Source of the DNA: Eledone cirrhosa
Taxonomy: Eukaryota
DNA length: 64,000 nucleotides
Reading direction: 5' to 3'
Assembly: GCA_964016885.1 (NCBI GenBank)
Contig: OZ024759.1
Coordinates: forward strand, 36,270,001-36,334,000
The translations under genes were made by a program, and so were the position numbers. Positions 1 through 13,700 of this stretch are shown here, in pieces (within the stretch, counting starts at the first letter, position 1; the number at the start of each line of letters is the position of its first letter). The notes beneath the pieces were generated by a model that had not been told where the DNA came from, ran no database searches, and was given only the letters and a program-made list of their open reading frames with translations.

Positions 1-68
1 CTGGTTACAGCCGGTTTGAACAGAAAGAGGTGAGAGTATTCTGGCCGGTTTAAATGCTAAAAGGTTAA
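1..68 (+). mobile_element. piggyBac-like MITE, right end only
   Basis: Matches the family 3' part ending taaatgctaaaaggttaa. Confidence 0.75.
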
Positions 69-458
69 CAGATTGAATAGTGATTGTGTCTTTAATGAAA
101 TACATTGTCTACCTTCCATCCACTTCCTACATGTTACATGTGTTCCTCTATATTTTGCAGACAATACATGTGTCCGTAAACATGAGATCTCCATACATGG
201 TAATACCAGAATATGGATCCTTGCAGAAGTAAGATTCTTTAAAACATATATTTAAATCTCATTTGAAAATTTGAGAGGCCCAAAATATAGAACTTCAGTT
301 TTTCCCAACTTTACTGTAAGCCCTTTTGATGGGAAGTTCTATTTCCAAAGTTGGAATACATTTAGGCAGCCACCAAGGGACCTGTTATTTTTATCTAAAG
401 ACATTTTTTTCCAATTCCAACCCACCTGTCCCCTCAATCTATCTTATTTCTCATTCTT

Positions 459-494
459 TCTTCTGATGAAGGACTAGCGTCCGAAACGTTAAGA
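459..494 (+). ncRNA. Minimal type I hammerhead ribozyme motif (family A) in a ~220-bp dispersed element (~365..585)
   Basis: TCTT-CTGATGA-A-GGAC(TAGC)GTCC-GAAAC-GTT^AAGA; palindromic ACGT helix III. Confidence 0.65.
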
Positions 495-593
495 CCCTCT
501 TCCTGCTATTTCAAGATTTAACCTAATATATCCCTTCCATATACTGTACCGAGTGTGTTGTTATTTCTTTTTACCTTTTACATGCATATATAT

Positions 594-703
<110 letters not shown>

Positions 704-712
704 CACACACAT

Positions 713-757
<45 letters not shown>

Positions 758-870
758 CACCCATACACACACGCATATATATATATATACACATACATAC
801 ACACACACACATATATATATACACATGAAATAGTTAAATGATATTTTCTCTTCATTTTTGTGTGTAACAG

Positions 871-949
871 AGGTGGTTACGTATTGATTGTTGACTTTGG
901 TACATTGACCCTGGAAAGTGAGTTACAACCCAAAACTGTTTCCCTCGAG
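871..949 (+). CDS. VPS13: VPS13 exon 1 (window numbering)
   Basis: aacag|...|gtaaga; [26 protein letters not shown]. Confidence 0.85.
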
Positions 950-3559
950 GTAAGACATACTCTTATATACATATTTAGGGAACTTATAGTTATATACATA
1001 TTTAGGGAACCTATAGTTATATACATAATTAGGGAACCTATAGTTATACACATATGATGTGATATGTATGTATGTCTGTATGTATGCAAGTATATGTATG
1101 AGATATTTATGAATTAAGAAGTTCAAATTATATAAATTTGTTGGGAATGTCCTCAAGGGAATAAATAACACTCATGAATAAATAACACTCATGACAATGT
1201 AGTAAATGTAAAAAAAACAGTGTTTGTATGTAAAATGATATTTTAACACCTTATTTACATCGAATTTGAAGTTGGTGAAAATCATCAAAATATTGACCAC
1301 GAATATAAGCCGACCTCATTTTGCCATCGATTATTAGGTCGCATATACCTCGGCTTATATTCAAGTATAAACGGTAACTCATTACTTTCCATCAAGCTAT
1401 GTTATTCTGATATTCTCTTTAACTTTTTTATCCTACTATTCTGTTTAATCAACATATTCTATGTAACTTGTATTTGTTTTGCAAGTTTTTGATATGAAAT
1501 CGTGTGTTGAAGATATTGTTATATTTGGGGAGGGTCATGTGGTCTTAATATTGCCAAAAGTAATAAATGAGAAATTATATTTATATTTATATTTTTAACT
1601 GTTGGTCAATCAATGATAAACATTGATTGGCAGTTAAATTATTTATAGAAATATAACAATATACTAAACCAAACCAAACAGAGTGTTTTATTATTACTTT
1701 TGGCAATTGATTTCAAATCCTGCTGAGGCTAGCTTTGCAGGGTCGATAAAATAAAGTACCAGTGACGAACTGGGGTCGATTCAATCGACTTTCCCCTTCC
1801 TCAAAATTGCTGTCCTTGTGCTTAAATCAGAAACCATTATTATTTTTGGCCATATTAGGACCCCCTGACCCCCCAATATAACAATATCTATGTAACTTAT
1901 TCTTTATCAATTAACTCATGTTATTTATTCTGATATTAATTCGTTTTGTTCCAATTTTTTTCTTTATAATTTCTTATTGTAACAGAATAACTTCGAGAAA
2001 TGGGTCCAGGTGAGAGAAGCACCTTCCTTAGCTTACTTTATAAAGCACGCCCTTAATGAACCCTAGATAACCCACAAATATTATTTACCTTAATAATAAT
2101 GCAAACTTCAATAGGCTATATTATTTTGGTTGGTTTGAGAGTCATTATTTTTTAAATCTAATTTATTTCGTTGGTTAGTTCATATTTTCATGATCGTTCA
2201 TTGTCTCTCTATCTATTGTTATCTCCCTTATATTATGTTGATAAAACCAAATAAGGTCATGTTATGTTGACAGGGTTGTTAAAAAATATTACATTTACTA
2301 GGAATTTAATTATATATATAACATTAATTGAAAAGGTTTGAAGTGATGAGTGTATATGAATATTTGTAAATTGGAGTATTCTCAGCACGAGGGGGTGTAA
2401 ACAGCTGGATACTATTACATAGTAAACATTTTTGTGAAATTGTGAGTTTGATTCCCAGACCTGGTGATGTGTTGTGTCCTTGAACAAGACATTTTATTTC
2501 ATGTTGCTCCAGTTTACTCAGCTGTAGAAATGAGTTGCGACATCACTGGTGCCAAGCTGTATCAGCCATAGCCATTCCCTTGGACAACACTGTTGATGCA
2601 GTGAGGGGGAGGGGACTGATATACATAGGCGACTGCTGGTCTTGTACCTCAGAGGGGAACTTTCTTGGTGCAAATCCCATGGTTATTCATAACCGAAGGG
2701 GATCTTTACCGTTATCCTTATATATATATATTATTGCTTTAACTTAGATGCAAACAACTTGAGCATAAAATCAAGCAAATGAAGGGACAAAAAAAAAAAG
2801 GAACATAGTTTGCTTGAAGTATTGCAAAATATGTAGAGTACAGTTTGTCATGGAAAGCTATAGTAATGGAGATCAAGAGTTACATATCAATAATGACAAT
2901 AATATAAATGTTGAAATGTTACTTTACAAGTATTTACTTGGTCCTTATATTTTGAGTAAAATATCCCTTTTCAAAGACTAGATGGGTTACAGAACTACAT
3001 CTTTTTCATACGTTCCATATTTGGTATGATTCCTACAGCTGGATGCTCTTCCTAATACCAACAACATTACAGAGTGTACTCAATGCATTTTATCATCTTA
3101 GTCTATTATCACAATATATTTATGTTTGACATTTTCAAATGTCAAACATTCCCAGCACTTCGATAATTCATAAGATTTAATATATTTATTAGTTAATATA
3201 AAACCACTCAGTATCTACTGCTAATGGGAGTGTAATGACAGTTTACCTAAAGGGAAGTAACTGTCTTTCATAATGTTTCTTTCTGTTGCATATGTGTAAT
3301 AAGTAGTGCATGTTAGATTCATATCATTGAATGCTTCTTAATTAGCTCGTTGTCATTCAATTATGATTAATTAATTACTTTCCAGTAATTTTATCAATGT
3401 AGATTAAAAAAAAAAACTTCTGAGTATTATTAGTTCAATCTTTTTTATGGTCATTTTTGGAACTCTCTTGTGTAGAAAATCAGTTCTGTGTGAATTTGGT
3501 TTGTTTTCTTATTTTTCTTTCCTTATTTAAAGAAATCATTATCATTATTAATATTATTA

Positions 3560-3602
<43 letters not shown>

Positions 3603-5295
3603 ATGTTATCTTGTGCAGTAGATTGGCAGTATCAGTAGAGGGTCGGACGCGATGCTTAGCAGCATAGAGTTATGTCCCTTTATGATCTGAGTTCAAATCC
3701 CGCCGAGGTTAACTTTGCCTTTCATCCTTGCGGGGTCGATAAAATAAAGTACCAGTAATACACTGGGGTCGATTTAATCAACTTTCCCCTCCTCCCAAAT
3801 TGCTGGCCTTCTGCCCATATAAGAAACCATTTATTATTTTAAAGTAGAAACAATTATTATTATTATTATTAAGTGTTATGTTCATCATTACACAGTGTTG
3901 ATGTTAATTACCGGTATTTCTCTTCTTACCATCAGGCTCTTCATCTCTGAGCTTAAGATGATAAGAGTTGCTTTTTACTCTCCTAGATGGTATCCATCAC
4001 TTCTCTAATTATTCTGGCAGAGCCAAGTAGGCCGGCCTTTTCTACAGCCTCTGTACCAACATCAAATCAAATTTGTTGCAAAATATTTGTAAGATTGTCT
4101 GTTATATATCCCAGGACTCCTATAATTACTGGTACCAATATTACCTTACTTACCCCCTCCATACTTTCAGAACTTCACATTTGAGATCGTTGTAGTAGTT
4201 TTATCACTATATGTCAGCCCTTGTGGCCAATAAATGAAATTATCATTATTATTATTATTATTATTATCATTATTATAGTTACGTCCCTTTACGATCTGAG
4301 TTCAAATTCCGCCGAGGTTGACTTTGCCTTTCATCCTTACGGGGTCGATAAAATAAAGTACCAGTAATGCACTGGGTAATTGCTGGCCTTGTGCCTAAAG
4401 TAGAAACAATTATTATTATCATTATTACCATTATTATCATTATTATTATTATTATTATCATCATCATTTTCTGGTAGTAAAGTTGTTTCTCTTGTTTAAT
4501 GTCAGCCCCAATTGTAATAAAGTCATGACCACCCCATCTTTCAGGCCAGTCTATCCCTGACTACATGTCAGATGTCTTTGTATTTTATATTTAAGTTGCT
4601 AGGATATTGTTTTGAAGAAGATTTGTCTGCTATTTCTAGTGGGTCTAGTGACTCCCTTATTGGCTCAGGGTTGTAAATTAATTTTACAGAATAATATATT
4701 TTATATATATACACATATGCGTACATGTTCATACTCACACACAGTCTCTGTGCCTATATAACACTTTGTTTTCATATTATATTTTTCAAGAAATTTTTAT
4801 TATTTTTTCTTCTTAACCCTTTAGCATTTATGTTAATCTATATTTACTATTGTATTTTCATGGTAAACATTTCATCTCACATGATATCGAATCTATGAGA
4901 TTTGGATATTATTTATTTTGAGAACAATACCTTAACATAAGTATGAGTAGCCAGTCACAGCCAGTTTCAACAGAAAGAGGTGAGTGAATTCTGGTGAGAT
5001 ATGGCTGGTTTAAATGCTAAAGGGTTAAAATATTTAAGAATATGTCTTGTTTTCTAGAAAGCCAGATATATCAAGGCTTTGCTTTATTTATTTTTTATTT
5101 TAAATATTTTTTTATCTATTAATTAACAGAAAAATAATTATATCAGTTTTCCTACAGAAACAAGATTATGAAATCATATTAAAAATATTTACATGCAAGA
5201 TTCGTCACTGCCAATTTCCAGGAAGGAAGTTCTACAAATGATGTGTGATATATATATATGTGTGTGTATGTATATATCATCATTATCATCATCAT

Positions 5296-5368
<73 letters not shown>

Positions 5369-5603
5369 TGTAATAAACAACATAAGACAATTATTCCATT
5401 TACCAAAGGTTTCATGAAGACAGACGAGCTCGACACAGATCTCTGAAATCATTCGTCAGAGATCTGTGTCGAGCTCGTCTGTCTTTGTGAAACCTTTGGT
5501 AAATGGAATAATTGTCTTATGTTGTTTATTACATAACTAAAAAGCTCTGTAGCCTACATAGAGCACTCTCTTTTCCTTTACCTTTCCTACGGAAACACTT
5601 CGA

Positions 5604-5645
<42 letters not shown>

Positions 5646-8600
5646 AATCAAAGTTGAAGCTGCCATATAGCAATTGTTTGAGGCAATCACAATATTTTAT
5701 TTTTCTTCAATTTCAGGATGCAACAATGTCTGAGATAGAAGCCCGCTTATATGACCAGTTTACAATCAAAATAAATGAAGTTAAAATACTTCTCGCTGAT
5801 TCAGGTGAGAAGTTATATATATAATATAATGAAAATTATTGTGTACATTGCTCAGGTGCACTACAACTCATCAAAGGTGCATGTATAGTACATAGAATAA
5901 TGTACAAAAGTCAGGAAAGTGAACAGTGCATGGGTCATGATATACACACACACACACACACACCTTTCATGGAATTTTAAGTTTATAGCTTTAACCCTTT
6001 ACCATTTACATTACTCTATATAGACTATTGTATTTTCACAGTAAAGGCTTTGTCTTACATAACTATCTCACATAATATCGAATCTACAAGATTTTGATAT
6101 TATTCATTTTGAGAACAATAACTTGACATCAGTATGAACAGACATTTATGGCTGGTTTAAACAGAAAGAGGTGAGAGAATTGTGGCCGGATATGGCGGGC
6201 TTGTTAGGATATTTGTTCCAGTTCTCTGTACTCTGAGTTTGAATCCCAGCAAGGTCAACTTTGCCTTTCATCTTTTCAAGGAGGTTGATAATACATACAT
6301 ACATATATATGAAGAACTCAGAGCTGTACGGGAGCCTCCCAAAAGTCAGCTCGAGAGTGACACAGAGGAGACTGAGGTTAGCTGGACATGCTCACTGACA
6401 TCCAGTGTTGACACTGCACTCAGTGCTCCTGTGGGAGCCCCTACATGGACACACTGGAAGAGGAAGACCAAGGTTAACGTATGTTGATGCCCTAAGGACA
6501 GACAGTGGTCTGTTGGAGATGCAGGACATGGCAGCAATAATGAGGGACAGAGACCACAGGAGAGAACTCGTCCATGGATCTCGGGAATTTTACCCGCCCT
6601 AGACATAGACATATATATGCACATATACATACATACAATCTTTTAACATACACTCCAGATGTGTCTCTAGTAAACTACAGATGTTTCTATTAACATACAC
6701 TCCAGATGTTTCTATTAACATACACTCCAGATGTGTCTCTAGTAAACTACAGATGTTTCTATTAACATACACTCCAGATGTTTCTATTAACATACACTCC
6801 AGATGTGTCTCTAGTAAACTACAGATGTTTCTATTAACAGGTGATGACTGGCATACCTTCCAGACAGAACCAGACTCCCTCTATCACCTCCTACCCAGTA
6901 CTAAAATGTTGATGACATTATTCAATAGTGTTAAACCAGACTACAAGCAACTACCTCAGTGAGTAATTCTCTCTCCTCCTCCTCCTCCTCTTCATCATCA
7001 TCCCCCTCCTCCCTCACCTCATCCTCCACCTCCCACCCCTCCTCTTCCCCCTCTTGTCTCCCTCCTCCTCATCCGGAATGTCAGCAGCCCATCAGAGGAA
7101 GGAGCCACCCCAAGGTGGGGCGGCTGTTGCATCAGGTGTCACTGGCCATTGTCTGCAGCAGGAATGCTTTTGCTGTTTTCTCCGCAGGGCACAGCCCTAA
7201 CACCGCCGTGCCCTAGCCCCAGAGCCCACCACCCTCCCCTCTATTCCCATTCTTCTGTCACCCTATAGCCCTTGCCTTTCCTTTCCTTTTCCATTTTCAT
7301 AACCACAAAAGAGATTTGCATTTTTCTTTACAATAAAACATATTTTTATACATATTCTTTGTTTGTTTCTCAGACATAAACTTGTGACAACACTTCCCTC
7401 CATCAAAGTCAATATCTCTGATGAACGACTGCTTACACTTGTGGCATTCTTCAACCATTTCCCAATTCCTGGCAGCTCCAGTATGATTACAATTGTTGAA
7501 GACTCCGTTGATGGCAATATGATAAACTACCACCTAGAACTGGTACGCAGTGTTTAGGTTCATTAATCAATTTAATGGTTATTGTATTGTATTGTTTATT
7601 ATATTGATTATTGTATTGTTTATTGATTATTGTATTGTTTATTATATTGATTATTGTATTGTTTATTGATTATTGTATTGTTTATTATATTGATTATTGT
7701 ATGGTTTATTGATTATTGTATTAAGAACCTGTTGTTGGATTGGCAGTATCAGTAGAGCATCAGACACCATGCTTCACAGCATAGAGTTACGGCTCTTTAC
7801 ATTCTGAGTTTAAATCCTGCCAAGGTTAGCTTTGCTTCCTCTGTCTGACTTTACAGAGGAAATCAGCAGTGCATGGACCACTGGATATCTTTCCTAATGG
7901 ACTACTGCTGTTATTTAGCCCAAGGCAGCCCCATTATTGAAAGAACCTATAATCAAAGGCATAGCTATGTTGTCTTATGCAGTGTATCTAAGACTACATT
8001 ATTCAATGTGTCGCTACACTTTAAAAAAAGACAGTTGGGTGTTGTATTTGAGGGATAATTCGCTGTTATTTCTAGCAGGCTAAGGAACCATATAGATTTC
8101 ACATTGACACACACAGTAAATGTGGTTGGTGTTAGGAAGGGCATCCAGCTGTAAAATACCTGGCCAAATGTACAGTCTTTGGAGCAAGGTGTGGCATGGC
8201 TGACTCTGGCCAGACTTGCCTCCCGGCATAGACGACCCATGTAACCCATACAAGCATGGAAAAATGGATGCTAAATGGTGATGATGATGATGATAACTGG
8301 TTCTATACTTCACTGGTTTTTTTCTTTCTTGTTCTACAGGACAAAAGAGATATCCAGCCAGACATAGAAATATCTTTCCTAAAGTCTGTCCGTAGCAGTG
8401 TACTGGGTCGGGCTGTGGTTAACATGTCTCAAGAAACAGGCCATCATGGAATATCTCCAGCTGAAGAACTCAACAGAGAAAACAGCCGTAAGTAAACTCA
8501 CACATACACATATTGATAAACATGCACAGACACCCTCTCGTATTGATAAACATGCACAGACACCCTCTCGTATTGATAAACATGCACAGACACCCTCTCA

Positions 8601-10673
8601 TATTGATAAACATGCACAGACACCCTCTCGTATTGATAAACACACTTGCACTGAAGCATTGTGAGATATGTAATAATTACTTCTGAAAGCTGGTAGAAAT
8701 ATATAAAAGACATATATAACAAATAAAACAAAACAAAGTAATGTTTTACCCAGTATATTTCAACATAATATTTCAGGGCTAATACACTCTTTTCAAATGT
8801 AAAACAAAATTGAACAATATGTTCTTCCTGATCTATTGTTTATTTGTGGATTCAGTGTGTTGATGATTAAAGCCTCTTTAATCCTTAAACTCCCCTTTCT
8901 ATCATTTCAATGGTGACCTCAATATCTCAGTTGCAGCATTTGTCCAGGTCTTTTGATAGAGGAATGATTTCCTCAGTCTCATTTACGATCTCCACTCGTT
9001 AAGCAAATGGGGTCTGGGATCTCGACGATTGATTGTTAATAAATATATAACCCATGCAAGCATGAGTGAGTGCAAAATGATAATAATGATGCTACATATA
9101 AACCTATAACTAAAAGTAAAACTTAATTTTCTATTTCCATTACAATCTTTTTCTTTCCTTTGAAAACAGAAGAATATTTTGGTTCAGCTTCTGAAAATTC
9201 AGACGAGGAATTACCACTCCGCCACAAGTAAGTTATTCAATATATTGATTATTCTAGTTCTTAGCCCTTCTCACACTATATTACTAATGACTAAACTGCC
9301 TTACATCTTTTAATTAATTTACAATATAATCAACACTTTGGAAGACCGTTTTATGTCTTCTTTTTCTTCTCCCACTTATTCCTGAGATGGTCGTGGGGAC
9401 AGAGTCCTCAAGTACTCCTTCTAGTGGGTCCTGTCAGAACCGTCTCCAACTGATCTGGCTGCTGGATCCCCTAGACCAACCAAACCCATGGATGTTATCA
9501 AACCATCTTACTCAGGGTCTACCTCTGGGTCTCCTGCTGGCTGGTTTTGCCTGTAAAATCTGTCTAGTGATTCTTTCCTGAGATATTCTCACCATGTAAC
9601 CATAGTATTGGAGCAATGATCTCTCAATTCGGAGAAGTAGTGGCTCTACCTGGAGTGACTCTCTGATCTCTCAGCTACTCACCCTATCAAGTATCATTAC
9701 TCCAAAGACCCTTCAGAAGAAGCCATTTTGGCCGTTTGTATTTGAGATCGTATTATTTCAGTCATTACTCAAGATTCATGAATATAGGTAAGGGTTGGTA
9801 CAAATACCAAATTAAAGACAGAGAGTTTGGTTTTTACACCTACCTCCCTTGCATTTTATTTGTTTTTAATTTAATTTTTTAAATACATCTTTTATTTTGA
9901 AATGACTTTAATTTCCATTACTTATATATATTTGAATGTGTTGTAATATATCTTGCAGAGCAAGTGACATCAAATCTGTTGACGACCATTCTTCGGCATC
10001 AAACACCATTACAATACTAACCAGGGTTGTACTTAATGAAGCTGTTCTACAGTTATCAAAGAAGATTGATAAACGAGAGTCCCCTTACCTAATGTTCCGT
10101 ATCAATAAACTATATGTAGACAGTGCCGTGACTGTGTATGGAATGGTGGTGAATGCCAGTCTTGGTGGTATTGAACTAGTTGATAAAATTCATATTGGTA
10201 AGTGTGTTTTATATCGTAATTGACTTTCAGTTTTGTGTCTTAACTAGTTTTTTATCTAAACCATTTTTTTTTTAAAATCTGACCCAGGCTTTACATTTAA
10301 CCCTTTAGCATTTACATTACTTGATATTTACTATTATATGTTCATGATAAAGGCTTTATGTCACATAATATCGAATCTATGAGATTTTGAAATTATTTAC
10401 TTTGAGAACAGTATCTTAACATCAGTATGAGTGGCTAGTTACAGCCAGTTTGAACAGAAAGAGGTGAGATAATTCTGGCCAGATATGGCCAGTTTAAATA
10501 CTAAAGGGTTAAACTAATTTTTTATCTAACAATTATTTATATCTAAACCACTAGTTTTTAATCTCACTCAATTATAAATTTAAACCCAGGTTTTAAATCC
10601 AATCCAGTTTTTAATTCAATTCAGTTTTAATTTAATTCAGTTTTTAAATCCTAGCTAGTTTTTAATCTGACTA

Positions 10674-10740
<67 letters not shown>

Positions 10741-13700
10741 GGCACTGTTTGTTTTTAATTTTATGAATGTGTATTTAACTATATATGTATATATCTGTGT
10801 GTGTGTGTGTGTTTGTATATATATATATATATGTCCAACCCTTGCAAGCAGGGAAAAGCGGACGTAAAATGATGAAGATGTATGTATGTAAAAGGTAAAC
10901 AGAAATAACAACACAATCAGTACAGTATATAGAAGGTTAATGCTTGATATAGCAGGAAGAGGGTCTTAACGTTTCGGATGCTAGTCCTTCATCAGAAGAA
11001 AGAATGAGAAATAAGATAGATTGAGGGGATGGGCGGGTCGGAGTTGGAAAAAATGTCTTTAGATAAAAATAACAGGTCCATTCATGTTGACATCTCTTGG
11101 AAATATATATATATGTATGTTTGTATATATATATATATGTATGTTTGTATATATATATATATATGTATGTTTGTATTCCAGAGAAAATTTCATTTATCAA
11201 AGTTATGTTGTGTATTTTCAGGTCCCTCAGGAGAATACCTGGAACTGATACGAAGTAAATCCAATGATAACTTGGTATCCATTACTTATAGAATGGTATG
11301 ATTCTATTTACCTACTTCCCTTCTATGTAGCTACTACAGTTCTATCTACTTACTATGTAGCTACTACAGTTCTATCTCCCTACTATGTAGCTACTACAGT
11401 TCTATCTACCTACTATGTAGCTACTACAGTTCTATCTATCTCCCTACTCTGTAGCTACTACAGTTCTATCTCCCTACTATGTAGCTACTACAGTTCTATC
11501 TCCCTACTATGTAGCTACTACAGTTCTATCTCCCTACTATGTAGCTACTACAGTTCTATCTCCCTACTATGTAGCTACTACAGTTCTATCTACTTACTAT
11601 GTAGCTACTACAGTTCTATCTCCCTACTCTGTAGCTACTACAGTTCTATCTCCCTACTATGTAGCTACTACAGTTCTATCTATCTCCCTACTCTGTAGCT
11701 ACTACAGTTCTATCTCCCTACTATGTAGCTACTACAGTTCTATCTATCTCCCTACTCTGTAGCTACTACAGTTCTATCTCCCTACTATGTAGCTGCTACA
11801 GTTCTATCTACCTACTCTGTAGCTACTACAGTTCTATCTCCCTACTATGTAGCTGCTACAGTTCTATCTACCTACTATGTAACTACTACAGTTCTATCTA
11901 CCTACTATATAGCTACTACAGTTCTATCTCCCTACTCTGTAGCTACTACAGTTCTATCTCCCTACTATGTAGCTACTACAGTTCTATCTATCTCCCTACT
12001 CTGTAGCTACTACAGTTCTATCTCCCTACTATGTAGCTGCTACAGTTCTATCTACCTACTCTGTAGCTACTACAGTTCTATCTCCCTACTATGTAGCTGC
12101 TACAGTTCTATCTACCTACTATGTAGCTACTACAGTTCTATCTACCTACTATGTAGCTACTACAGTTCTATCTACCTACTATATAGCTACTACAGTTTTA
12201 TCTATCTCCCTACTATCTAGCTACTACAGTTCTATCTATCTCCCTACTATGTAGCTACTACAATTCTATCTACCTACTATGTAGCTACTACAGTTCTATC
12301 TCCCTACTATGTAGCTACTACAGTTCTATCTCCCTACTATGTAGCTACTACAGTTCTATCTCAGTTTAAAAGAAATAGCTTTAGTATCATAGAACCAAGT
12401 TTCCTCATGAAATCCTTCAAACCTATTTCTCCTCTTTTCACCCTACTTGAAGTAAACTATAACCCCCTGTTAATTATTCTCATTATTCCAGACTGATCCG
12501 GAATGTCCTGATTTTGGTGTGTATGGCTACGTAATCCAAGGATTACAACTGAGAATGGACACAATTTCCTTTTTCCTCCATCAAGTTGGTATAACACACC
12601 TCAACACTTACATGACACGGCTGATTAACAGGTGACTTGTTGTCTTATATAACTTACTGTTTCAAATAATTACACCATTGACACCACCATCAACACTGTC
12701 ACTGCCACTATCATCACCACCACCACCATAACCACCAACACTATAACCATCACCACTGACATCAACACCACCATAACCACTAACACTAGCACCGTCATCG
12801 CCATCACCACCATAACCACACCAACACCACCACCACCACTATCACTACCACTGCCACCACCATCACCATCATCACTATCAACATTACCACTACCACCACC
12901 ACCACCACCACCACAACAACAACATTATTCTCCTTATATCCATTCCAGTATCAATGAAAAGAAGATGAAGACCAGTGTAGTGAGCAGTATTTCCAATTCT
13001 GATTCAACTGAAGAATTTAACATTTTACAACCTCTAACAAGGATGGTTTCACTTACTGCTAGTATGTAAACCTTCTTTATATTATCAAATCTGGGATCTG
13101 GGTGTGATGGAGGGCAAGGTGCATGTGTGTGTGTGTTTGTGGTATTGTGTACATGTGTATGTTTGTGTGTGTCTGTGAGCTTATATATTATCGTATATAT
13201 GTATTTGTTTGTGTGTATGTGTGCATGTGCTTGTATATACATGTGCGTTGGTGTAACGTGTTTTTTTTTAAAGTCTTAATCTCACCCAGTTTTCCCCGTT
13301 TCTTCATTAGATGATGTTCCAGACAATTTGGTAAAATTCAGTTTTTCTGCTGCTATCAAAGATGTCAACTTCAAGATTTGTGATTCTGAAAATGACATTG
13401 CGGACATCCATATTCTTGGTAAGATCTTCATTTAAGACATTGTCATCATTTTCTTCTTTTTATTCTCTGTTATCTTCTTTCATCTGATTCTTTCTTTCTT
13501 TTTCTTCATCTACCCTCTTTTCAGTGCTCTCTTTCATCTTTTTTTTACTTAACCCTTTATTATTTTAACTGGCCAGAATTCTCTCACCTTCTTCTGTTCA
13601 AACCAGCTGTTAATACTTATGTTAAAGTATTGTTCTCAAAATAAATAATATCAAAATCTTGTAGATTCAATATTACGTGAGATAAAGCCTTTACTGTGAA

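Noticed and set aside
7075-7215. GC-richer patch resembling a CRE-clade C-terminus ([12 protein letters not shown]) or an extra exon
   Set aside because: Exons 3 and 4 join in phase without it, and the similarity is too short to call.
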